Of a DNA stretch of 64,000 bases, positions 1 through 11,158 are shown piece after piece. Origin of the DNA: Mytilus trossulus (lineage: Eukaryota); NCBI RefSeq assembly GCF_036588685.1, contig NC_086374.1:46190001-46254000 (forward strand), written 5' to 3'. Each line of letters begins with the position of its first letter. Position 1 is the first letter of the stretch. The notes under the pieces are model-generated. The model saw only the letters and a program-made list of their open reading frames with translations. It did not search any database and was not told the origin of the DNA. The position numbers and the translations under genes were made by a program.

Positions 1-117
1 TCCTGTTGCTCCTGTGACTGCGACCAAATGGCTCTTCCCCGTTCCACTTTACCCCAAAACCAAAAGGTTATGACCATTTTTTACCTCATTTAATGCTATT
101 AGCTGTTTAACATTCAT
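1..117 (-). pseudogene. PIF1-family (SF1B) helicase N-terminal relic, probably transposon-derived, running off the left edge
   Basis: The minus strand from ATG at 117 reads MNVKQLIALNEVKNGHNLLVLG*SGTGKSHLVAVTGATG. This contains a Walker A-like G*SGTGKS with an in-frame TAA at 49-51. The PIF1 motif Ia-like VAVTGATG follows directly, so the usual spacer appears deleted. It lies in the inferred first intron of ENDOG. Confidence 0.65.
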
Positions 118-1160
118 TTTGTTATGAAACACGCGTGTACACGACTCTGTACACAACGACACTAATGTAGAGTTATAAATTGACCAAAATTTCCCACTTT
201 TATTTTTAGCCAGACGATTGACCAATGAGAAACAAGTATAAAATTACATGCGGACTGGGTGTTGCCAAAAAATTAGACGAAGGCAAAGAAACATCCCGTT
301 GACCGACTTGTGAGGCCTGCTACTAATGATCCCGACAACAATGATAGCCGTGTCATACACCATTGTGTAGATAAATCAATTTAGATTTACGGCATATAAA
401 GTTTAAGTAGGTTTGACAACCGAGAAATAAAAAAATAACGTGAATTCGGGACTGGGTGTCATTTTTCAAAAAAATTAGTTAAGTACCTTGTGTTATATTA
501 AGGTATAGAGGTGATTTTTTTTCTGAGACAAGTGCCTGTGATATATATTATATATGACAGTACGGTTGCCATAATCAGCAATATGCGGGTAACCTCATTT
601 TTCAGTTATATACAACATGTATAAATTATGAGAATAATAATATTAAAGGCTGTGGCCAAATACTGCCAATTTGTTGTTTGGTCTTACTAAGCATCTGGGA
701 TAACAGATACCAATCCGTTTTATTTGGTAATTCAGTGAACAATATTAGAATGTACAAAAACTGATGTAGGACGGCATGATTGTATATAAGCAGGTTGAAT
801 AGTTAAGTAACTGTGATTATTATTTTAGTTACTAGTATTAAAGATTATTAATTGGGGTTCATTAAAATTTGACTAAAATACAAAATTATTGTAAGTAAAA
901 CAAACACGAAATATTATCGTCATAATTAATTGTTTTACAAATGTAGTTTCAGATTATAACTGATATAGCTTATGTTGGAGATGATAGGTCGTTTTTGGCT
1001 GCAGGTTTTCATTGATGTGATTCGAAATTTCTTAAAACAAAATGTTTTAGAACCAAGCGAATTTACAAAATAGCTGTTTAATTCCATTAAAAAAATGGGG
1101 GGGGGGGGGGGGGGGGGATATATACAATATTGAGTTTTCTAATAAAATAATTCCTGTATA

Positions 1161-2575
1161 TGTAACAGTAAATTTGGTCCGGTAGGAAAATTTGTCCGCC
1201 GGACATTTTCCCCTAGGTAATCAAGTCCATGGCCATAATTTTACTAGGAAAATAAGTCCTAGGACAAATTCTCCTAGGAAAATAAGTCCATAGCTAGTAA
1301 AATAAGTCTGGCATTTATTTTCCTAGGAAAATTTGTCCTAATACATGTTTTTTCTAGTAAAATTATGATCATGGACTTGTTTACCTAGAAAAAATGTCTG
1401 TTAGCAAATTACATTCTGGAAGCAAAAGAAAATGAACACTTTTTACCGGATAAATGGATAAGTACAATGCAATAGATTAACATAAACAGTAAATCATGAC
1501 TGGTGATTTAAACATTGGTTATCTTAAAAACAAAAATCTCTACTAGAAACAATTAAATGATGAAAACTATTGAATAAACAACCCCATCTTAGTTAAGAAT
1601 TGAAAGTTTTGATAATAATTTCCAATTAACATAAAGAAAGTGGACCAAATTTCCTAGGAAAATTAGTCTTAGGAATTATTTTATTTTAAATCTAAATACA
1701 TAACTCTTTAACAATATCAAAACAACACTTAAAAATAACAAACATGGACGTTTCTACCTAGGAATAATAAGAACATGGACATGATTTCCTAGAAATATTA
1801 GTCTGGGTATTTTTTTCTTTCTTCATATTATCAATACACAATTCTAAAACAATATTAAAACAACACAAGCCATGTTAATTAACCTTTAAACATAATTGAT
1901 ATGGGTGTCTTTAATCTTTATCCAGGAATAATAATGACATTAACATGATTTCCTAGGAAAATTAGTCTGGGGACATAAATTTAAAAAATATTAATACATA
2001 ACTCTAAAACAATATTAAAACCATTTATGTAAATAAACCTTTGAAATACAATGATATGGATGTTTTTATCTAGGAATAATTATAACATGGACATGATTTC
2101 CTAGGAACATTTGTCTGGGTACATATTTTTTTTCATATATATTATTACATAACTCTTTAACAAAATCAAATATGAAAGGTACTGGAAAAAGTTAGTTTGG
2201 TTAAAAATAAGTTTTAACCTTTAATTTAAATTATAAAAACCATGGACGTTTTGCCCTATTAATATTAATACCACGGACATGATTTCCTAGGAAAGTTAGT
2301 CTGGTTACTTACATTTTATCAAAAAATAATAACTCTTAAAAAAATGTTCAATTATGTAAATGAATTATGTTTCAGATTTAAAAAAAAAAGGACATGGACA
2401 TTTTTACCTAGGATTATTAATGACATGGACTTAAATTCCTAGGAAAATTAGTCTGGGGACAAAATTTACTAACATCAGACTATATTTACTAGTAAAATTT
2501 GTAACCATGGACATTTTATACTAGGAATTTGGGTCCGCCCGGACATATTTTACAAGGACAAATTTATCGCTTACA
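1161..2575. mobile_element. Non-autonomous foldback-type DNA transposon with imperfect terminal inverted repeats (TIRs) and internal palindromic repeats
   Basis: Left end TGTAACAGTAAATTTGGTCCGGTAGGAAAATTTGTCCGCCGGAC matches the reverse complement of the right end, TGTAAGCGATAAATTTGTCCTTGTAAAATATGTCCGGGCGGAC. TATA flanks both sides (TA or TATA target-site duplication). The interior has many copies of the TTTCCTAGGAAA palindrome with GGAC/GTCC arms. Confidence 0.75.
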
Positions 2576-3103
2576 TATACATGTATCATTGACAAATGAG
2601 TTGAGCTATCTTTTTCACACATAATTATATATTATAATTCGGTTAAGTTTCACCTAATTTATCTTTAACTGTTCTTTTTGTGTATTTATATCTATAATTA
2701 ATTGTACATTGTTCTAAGAAAATCTGGAATTTTTTTTTTGGATATGGTAAACTGAATTTTTATTATTTTTTAAGCAAAAATTAAAATTAATAAAATATTT
2801 GGACCTGTAAAATATAGTACTACAATGTACATGCAGAACTGTACGTGTATGCTCTTATTTAAAATATATCAAGCTATGATAAATAAAGAAACCATTTTGC
2901 TTGACAATGCTTGATGACTTCCATACATGTTCAATTGCATGCAAGATACATTTTTAGTCAACCTAAAAAGCTTGCCCAGATTATTTTTTGTTGTATATTA
3001 CACCTATTTTTTATTGTATATTACACCAGAACCCTTTTGTGTTTCCCAAATCCTGCCTTTATCTATGTGTGAAATGCGAAAACACTGAAACTAATATAAA
3101 TAC

Positions 3104-3673
3104 CTGTGGTGATACATTGCTGAGAGTAAAAGTCTGGTCCATAGCTTTCTGTGTGTGGCGATGGTTAGCTGCCGCTGCAAGATGTCCTCGATCATAGCCA
3201 CTGTTTTTGAAGTCATTTTTTGTAGCCCGAAAGAATGTGTGGATGATGTTGTCTTCCAGGAATTCTGATTTACCTCTCTTGATGTTTTCATTCTTCATAA
3301 CATGTTCTGGTTTAATGTGTTCAAATACCCATTGTGCATTCCTATTCCTTCTGTCATAAGACAGTACAAAATTGTCAAATGATCGAACTTGATCCAAACT
3401 TGGAAAGCCAAACTTCATGATTTCTGACACGCGATTTACAGGCTGTGATTGTGGAAAAGTTGCAGGCATACTTGTACTTGTAGTGGCAGGAATAGACGAC
3501 GAGGCAAAAACTGACGGAACGAATAATGCTTTGGTGTCGGTCAAGTGTAACAGATGAGTTAGGTGATCTTTATTTCCCTTCTTCAGCCTTTCATATTTGG
3601 TACCAAAAAATAAACCAATTCCCATAGAAGCTCCACAAAGGCTGGCAGTTGTAATAAAACGAACACTTGACAT
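3104..3673 (-). CDS. ENDOG: Endonuclease G, mitochondrial - exon 1; the remaining exons are not seen and probably lie left of the window
   Basis: ORF 3059-3673 contains IMKFGFPSLDQVRSFDNFVLSYDRRNRNAQWVFEH and the catalytic motif GYDRGHLAAAANH...TFTLSNVSPQ typical of EndoG. A CAG|GTATTT donor ends the exon at 3104, after which the ORF loses similarity. Confidence 0.93.
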
Positions 3674-3929
3674 TTCGTGAATAGTCCAATGTTAACACTG
3701 ACAACGTGCTAAATAATGAACCGGATGTTTAATAAAATCTGAACTAAATAATGGTGATTAACATGCGGAAATTTTTAATTCAATTTATTTTGTATTGGAC
3801 GTTCTTTCTTCAGTTATGGATTATACATTATTTTTTTAACCAAGTGTATTTTCATAGCGTATAAAATGATATCATTTATATGAAGAACATGCAAAGTATT
3901 TTCAGATGAACTGGACCACTGTTTGGTAG

Positions 3930-4381
3930 GTTGCTGCCCCCCAATTGGTATTTTTAAGTAAATTTTGCCGTTTTGGGTTATTATCTTGAATATTATTATA
4001 GATAGAGATAAACTGTAAACAGCAATTATATTCAGCAAAGTAAGATCTACAAATTAGTATCATGACCGAAATGGTCAGTTGACCCCTTAAGGAAGTATTG
4101 GCATTTGCCCTTTATAGTCAATTTTTAACAATTTTCATTAATTTGGTAAATTTTTGTAATTTTTTACAAAATCTTTAAACATTTCCTCTGTAACTAAAAG
4201 GCCAAGTTCATTATAGATAGAGAAAATTGTAAGTAGCAAGAATGTTCAGTAAAGTAAATTCGACAAAGACATCACCATCACCAAAACACAATTTTGTCAT
4301 AAATCCATGATCTGTGTCCTTACCGTTTAATATGCATATAGACCATAGTGAGCGATACATGCTATTAATAGCCTCTAGTTT
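3930..4381 (-). mobile_element. Dispersed repeat fragment, possibly Helentron-associated
   Basis: The minus strand starts AAACTAGAGGCTATTAATAGCATGTATCGCTCAC and has a duplicated internal segment (TTATAGATAGAGA...TTCAG(C/T)AAAGTAA at about 3995-4050 and 4210-4265). The family assignment comes from recall only, and the left boundary is uncertain. Confidence 0.35.
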
Positions 4382-4465
4382 CTGATATGTTCCTACAAAA
4401 CCTGATCATGTTGTCTATCATTTAACGGTTTTTATCCTGAATCAGCCTCGAGAACCTCTTTGGCG

Positions 4466-5220
4466 ACATAGTAGGTTTAAGATTATTCGCAGATGATAGT
4501 ATTATTCATAGGGAAATTAAAAAAAAACTTGACCAGATGACACATATACAGTCTGACTTAGAAGCGGCTGGCAAATTTGAGCAGGACTGGCTCATGCATT
4601 ATTATCAGTGTAACTCAAAAACGCAAACCTTTAGACTTCACTTATAAATTACATAATCACTCTCTACGAAAAGTCGACTCTACAAAATATTTAGGCCTAT
4701 CTCTTCAATCAAATTTAAAATGGGACAAACATATCGATAACATGACATCAAAAGCAAATCAATCATTTAAATTTATTCGTAGAAATCTTTAAAAAAAAAA
4801 AGCCTCACCAAAAGTCAAAGCTCACGCTCTCAAAAACAGCAAATTTCACAAATTGAAAAAGTTCAGAGAAGAGCAGCACGCTTCTCATGCAACCGCTTCC
4901 ATAACACACGCTCAGTTACTGCAATGACGGCAGACCTAAATTGGTACCCACTTGACATTAGGTGTTTACGATACAGACATGTTGTCTTTTACAAAATTAT
5001 GCATGAAGTTGTTGCAGTCCCTACAAATAACTTTTAGATCCCACTATACAATAGAACCAGACATAGCAATCCACACTCATTTAGGCAAATACAAACATCT
5101 AAAGACAGTTATAAATATCCATTTTATCCACGTACAGTTATAAATTGGAATCCCATGCCACAAAAAATAGTATCAATTACTTCATGCATATCGAACATAA
5201 AAAAAGGAGTTTATAGTACA
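4466..5220 (+). mobile_element. Degenerate 5'-truncated CR1/L2-like LINE (reverse transcriptase C-terminal region)
   Basis: Across frameshifts it reads LRLFADDSIIHREIK, KYLGLSLQSNLKWDKHIDNMTSKANQSFKFIRRNL, QIEKVQRRAARF, SVTAMTADLNW and SYKYPFYPRTVINWN. These are typical non-LTR RT and post-RT motifs, interrupted by stops and frameshifts. Confidence 0.88.
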
Positions 5221-6401
5221 TTTAAATAAATCGTTTACTTTTTTCAAGTGATTTATTTTGTATTAATAAACTGCAGTGGTGCAGGATTACTATATTAATC
5301 GTGTATGAGGACAGTGCACGACCGGCTTCCTGCAGAGTTGTTTACATTTAAAAAAAAAACAGTTCTAAAAGTTTTTGAAATTGAAAACTGACATTCAGGT
5401 TTTTCATTATAAATTTTGGGTTTCGAGTATCACTTAAAAACACACAAACCAGAGGCAATAAGTCCAGTGTTAAGTATTTCATACATTACCAGGACAACAA
5501 CATACTAATAATAAATACAATAGATAAGTTCTATAATGAGAAGCGGAAGAATATTTTCCGGAAATTTTGCATTGTACCTTAAAAAAGTTAATTTTTCCGG
5601 GAATTTGGGATTAGGCCTAAATTTGTACGGTTAGTACAAATTTACAATAATCGGGACTCGGAATTTAAAATTACTTTTTGGAAACGGTGAATTACCGCTT
5701 TTTTTTCAGGACTTCAGTATGACTCCTTCATTCCTCTTAATATGATCGTGGTTGTTTGAAATAAAAGTCGGGGAAATTCTAACTTCCACTAGATAATAAG
5801 GATTTATGAAAAGGGACAAAAATGTTACAATTCAGCATACCACCGATGGCACCTTGAGAGATTGTTACAAGGATTTGAATATGTAAAGAGTAGGGAATCT
5901 CCCTACAGGAGGTATCTGATTAAATATATCCACATTATAACATGACATTGCTGCGTATCTTTACATCCCACACAGCCGAACAGAGGCCACATTTTGACAA
6001 ATAAGTTCGATAAGACGAAATTCCGTTATATGCCTCTTACTTGACTGTCAACCCTGCTAAAACTTGTTATATCGTTAATCTAAATTGATTTATCTTTACA
6101 ATGGTGCATAACACGCCTACATTAAATTTTGTTGTCGGAATCATTCGTAGCAGTCATACCTAAGTATGTCAATCATAATAATTTTGCCAACCGCTGAAAA
6201 GTTGGAAAGAAACGTCTCGCAGTATATTAAGGTAAATAAGAAAAAAAATTCTGAGACAAGTGCCTGAGTTTGACAATTATAAAAATATGGGAACATAAAA
6301 ACTTGAGAATAATTGCTATCTTATCTTTTTACTTACAGAACAATGATTGTGAAAGAAGATGCACGATCATTTTGTCTATGTTTCGTGCAGGCTGTACCAA
6401 A

Positions 6402-9400
6402 ATGCACTTATTTATTTTGATTTTGCTCACTGCAGATTTAGTGTATGTTAACAGGTCAGTACATGTATGTAATATATATTCACTTTGACTTACACAAAAA
6501 GAAATAAACGACAGAATAAATTGCGTATGCACCAATAGGGAGTTATCATTGATTTAATAGTCATAAGGTTACATGAGCGGTTTTAAGTTTCAATTTATAA
6601 CATTAAAATGCATCTTTTTGACCGCCTTAAATATATTTCTGGCAATTTTCTGTCTCCGAGAGAAGGAATATCTGACCATGGGAAGAGACGTGCTGAAAAT
6701 CAATAAACATCGAGAATGAAAAGTGTCAGTTAGAACAATATTTTAATGGTTATCCACGTTTTCATGAATTGCCAAGAAAATTTAAATCTTTTCTGGTACA
6801 TGAGCAATTGGAAAGCGTCAAGATTGTCTTATGCAATCGAAAAATTTAAACGCGTGTCTTTTAAGTGTTATCGGGGTCAGCTGTTAGGGAGCTGAGTTCA
6901 GATTTAAAAAGAAAGACTCACCAAAACCCATTTTTCTTTTAAAAATTACAAATTACTCAAAGTCAGTCAAGTATAAGAAGTAATATATGTATTTCATTTT
7001 AGCCAAACGACACAAGGGTACAATCTGAAAGCTTTGAGCGTCAAGGAGTTTTTACGGTTTGATGGCAATCATGATGGAACCATTACTTTAAGCGAATGGG
7101 AAAGTGTTCTAAGAGGAGACGATGATAATGGTAAGTCAATTAAATGCTCAGTGGAAACGGTGATGTTGGTAGGTACGGTATGTGCTCAAAAGGGACGATG
7201 GTAATGGTAGATACAGTTTATGCTCATAGGAGACGACAATGTCTGAATGTACAGAATTTTCTCACAAGAGACGATAGATGACGGTAGGTACAGCAAGTTC
7301 TCAGTAAAGACGATGACAATAGGTACGATATATGTTCAGAGGAAACGACGATGTTTTATATATGTAGTCTTTGCTCAGAGGAGACTTTTGAGATAAAGTA
7401 TGTGCTCAGAGGAGACAAGGATGACGTTAGGTACAAAATTGGCTAAGTAAAGTTGACGTTGACAGAATATGCAGAAGAGATAATGAGAAGGCAAGATTTC
7501 CATTTTAGTAACTTAGACGTGATCTTTATAGCTAATTTAATAGATTTCGGTTAAAAAAAACGTTTGTGACGTAATTAATTAAATTTAGCCAACCTCTATG
7601 TTACTAATACATCTTTGTCACTGTGTGAGTTGGGGTTTTTTGTTTGTTATTGACGACTTAACTTTATTGGCAAGTACAGTTTTCAATGATAGCTTATTAT
7701 TTATACACACTGTCCATCATGTAATGTATTACACATTTGTTATTCTATAAAATATTTTAAAAATAATAATATTCCGAAATAGTAAAATAATTTGAATATT
7801 TATTTCCCCGTATGTCTTATTTTCTGTATGAATATTTTCATAATTGCATGCCCTGAAAGAGATAATTTTGGTTGGATACTTGATATTATTTCTACGCCAA
7901 CAAAATTGCATTTTCCCAACAGGTGACGGAATCATAACTTGCGACGAGTATGTTCGTCATTCCACATCACCACATGACATTGCTTTGGGAGTACTGAACC
8001 AATTCAATGGCGGCGATTGTAAGTTAACGCACGATGAAGGACTGGTTCCATATCACCACATGGACGGAAACGGTAAATTTTAACTTATATTTTGAGTGTA
8101 AGCCAGGTGATGCGCCTTTGACTCAGTGTTGTAGTAGGTTAAGCATTATCATCTATTAAATTTTTATTGTTAAAGTACAATAAACTTTTATTTCAATTAG
8201 TATTATTATGAAAAGGGATGAAAATCAGGATATAAATGTAAAATAAGACTTAATAAATTATATGCGCCCAGAGCATTCTTTTTGGATGATCTCCATCAGG
8301 AACGCTCAGAACCAAATATTTAAAAGCCAATGAAGTTCAGATACACGAAAAGAGAAACAAGTAACTCTAAGGTAACATTTAAAAGAAAACACACCATGGC
8401 ATAAAAAGAATACGAAAAGTCCACAAAAAACTACACAGGCTACAATATCAGGCAACTCGAGCCCACCAAAGTACATATGGCAGATACTCAGATTCTTCAG
8501 ACGCTCCTACTCGAATAATGACACTTGTTGTGTTGTTCATGGGAAGGTAAAGTACTGTAATAAATTCCTGTCTGATGGGTCACAATCAAAAGAATCTTTT
8601 AAAAACGTCTGTGAAATTATTAACACCAGTCATACAAATGTTAATGACTCTAACTTACTCTTCAGAGCCCCTGATGTAAAGTTTTCAATGTACTAAACAT
8701 TAATCTCCTCTCAAAATAATCATTGTAGGAAAGTCTTGTATTATAGAACTACTTATAGGGAAATATTTACTTCATATTTAGGTTCTGTTAGTATGTTGTT
8801 GCATAGACATGGAAAATTCCTAATAATAGAATAACTAAAATCGTATTTCTTGACGCAAAGTTATGTGTTAGGTCATTATCAAAGCTGGAATGATCCCTCT
8901 TTATAAATTTAGATTTTTTTTTAATCTTGTTTAAATGGTGCTTTAAGAAAAGAATATACAATTTTTTTATTTATTTCAGGGGATGGGATTCTTCAAGAGA
9001 TTGAGTTTATAAATTTCTACATTCAGGTAAATTTTCTTGAGAACTTTAAAACTGTTCATAGTTTTATTGCTCATTCAGCATACCAATTAATGTGTTTATA
9101 TTCTATTATTTTTATAAAATTTAATAAATGTATTGTTATTTATCATTATTAACACCTTCAAAACAAAAAGACATGAATCGTCACTATGAAGTTTTATATA
9201 CAGATTGAAATGGAAATAATTTTGTCCTTGTTTTGTTTGTTTTAAATCAGTCATCACCATCTTGTTGTATGTTGGATACCAATTTTGGTTGGTTTTGTTG
9301 GTATAGGTGAACCAAAGATTTGAATATTCAACGAATTACAAATTGTTCATAGGCTTGTAAATGCCGACTGTTGCCAAAAGCAGAAAATAAAAAAACATAA

Positions 9401-9617
9401 AAATGCGTTTTCCCTTATATCGACGAAAATTGGTACCCACTTAAATAAACAAATCAACGGTATACATGTTGTGTCGATATTTGTGTAGTGTCTTTTGATT
9501 ATTTTTCGTCGTTGGGTTACGGTTTCCAAATATCTTAACACATCATATTTCTTTTTATTTCAGGTTTTGAAAAATCTTGGACTTACTGATCATGGACAAA
9601 CAACAAAGAGCACTTGA
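6402..9617 (+). CDS. Secreted EF-hand calcium-binding protein, paralog 1 (143 aa; resembles molluscan secreted EF-hand / shell-matrix IMSP5-like proteins)
   Basis: Coding exons are 6402-6454, 7003-7130, 7923-8072, 8980-9026 and 9564-9617. All introns are GT-AG with phases 2,1,1,0. Protein: MHLFILILLTADLVYVNSQTTQGYNLKALSVKEFLRFDGNHDGTITLSEWESVLRGDDDNGDGIITCDEYVRHSTSPHDIALGVLNQFNGGDCKLTHDEGLVPYHHMDGNGDGILQEIEFINFYIQVLKNLGLTDHGQTTKST*. It has a hydrophobic signal peptide and DxNxDG loops. AATAAA at 9617-9622 overlaps the stop codon. Confidence 0.88.
7109..7445 (+). repeat. Degenerate ~38-bp tandem repeat (about 8-9 units) derived from the coding exon 2 / intron 2 junction of EF-hand paralog 1
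   Basis: Units start at 7109, 7147, 7185, 7223, 7261, 7300, about 7335, 7374 and 7405. The consensus is approximately CTCAGAGGAGACGATGATAATGGTAGGTACAGTATGTG. The first unit is the real exon end plus its donor site. Confidence 0.75.
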
Positions 9618-11158
9618 ATAAAAGATATTTTGATTAAACCATGTCATTGTTACATGTAATGGTCATTGGTTTTACTATCATGTCGATATTGTTAATGCTA
9701 TGAAAGTTTACTACGACCTCAGGTTGACCATAAAATTTTATTTTATAATGTGATAATTATTCATGACGAGAGGGAAACAACGGGTGCCACCAATGAAGCA
9801 GAAACTACAAACCATAATGGAGAACATGAGTTTACTCGTAGTTTTGGTTGTGGTTCGTGTAGCTTATTGTAATGTTTGATTTTTTGTAGTTTTCTTTTTG
9901 GTTCTGGTGTTGTCTTCTATTATAGGACTTTTGATTTACATAATGGGTATATTTTCTCTGTCTTTTCTCAATTATACAGGTCTCACTTGAAATATCACTA
10001 TCACTATCTGGTTGAAATCTAGTTGAAATCTGGTATTATTGTTTGGTGCTACATCGTGGTCCCAAGTAAATAATGACCATTTGAATTGAATTGTTAAATC
10101 GTCCATATAAATGTTTCAGTGAAATGAAAGTCAAAGTTGCTGGAAAGTGAATATTACAAGATAAACATTCGTTTGTTTCAACCAAATGAATGTATAACAA
10201 AAGATACATATGAAAAGCCTTATGCATGATTGAACCAATAAACTATATAAATAATATGAAGATGTGTACGTTTTTTTCTTTCTTTCTATTCTGTGCCATC
10301 GACTCCCCTACTGTATCTCGACTCTCTACTTATAAGACTTATAAGAATTTCAGAGTGTATAGAAACTAGCATTACACACAAAACTTACTTCAAAATATGT
10401 TATATTTATCCTTTTTTAGAAGAGAAAGGTAGCGAGGAAGTCTCAGATAACATAAATTACAATATCTGTAGTTGGCACAAACATATTAACCTTGTTAGCT
10501 TATGGTAAATAAATTCGACCAAATGTCATTTCCTACAAAAGTGTAAAAGACCGAAGTTTTACCGAAAGTGGAAATCGATTGACAAAGATTATAAAAATAA
10601 CTATTAGCTGAAATATTCCGTCAGCAACGAATGCAAATTTATATTGTTGTTGAGCAATTGCAGATGCATTTAAAACATTATTAAGACGGTATAAATAATT
10701 CATTTATTATCAACTGTAAATCTTTAAAAATATGTTTGTTTCTTTCGTCATATTAAAATACTTGAAAAAAAAAAAAGGAAAAAGTAAAAGAATTAATCTA
10801 CTTTGGAACAAGACATATTTTGGGATCATATTGTTAATGAGGTGAGGTGCTTATACATATACACTTATGTCATTGTCACACGTTGACCTTGACATATGAT
10901 CTTCTGTGTCAGAGTAAGCTTTTAATTATTGAGACGTTTTCGTGCAGTGGATATTATTAGGCCGTAGTACATAGAGATTTCGAAATAAATCAGACTGACG
11001 TTGCTCCAATGGCGATTGTCGTGCCTTATCAATATAATGCATTTAAATTCTAATTCGTAAACTCAAACGAACATAAAATATTTATCAAATAACCACAAAC
11101 TCTTACATGGGAGACGCCACTTGCAGAGACAAGCGCACATTTTATTATAAATATGAGT

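Noticed and set aside
1117-1137. Poly-G run as a functional G-quadruplex element (also poly-C at about 12594-12606)
   Set aside because: These are simple homopolymers with no other support.
2988-3291. ORFs 2988-3197 (+) and 3091-3291 (-)
   Set aside because: They are shadow frames of the ENDOG exon.
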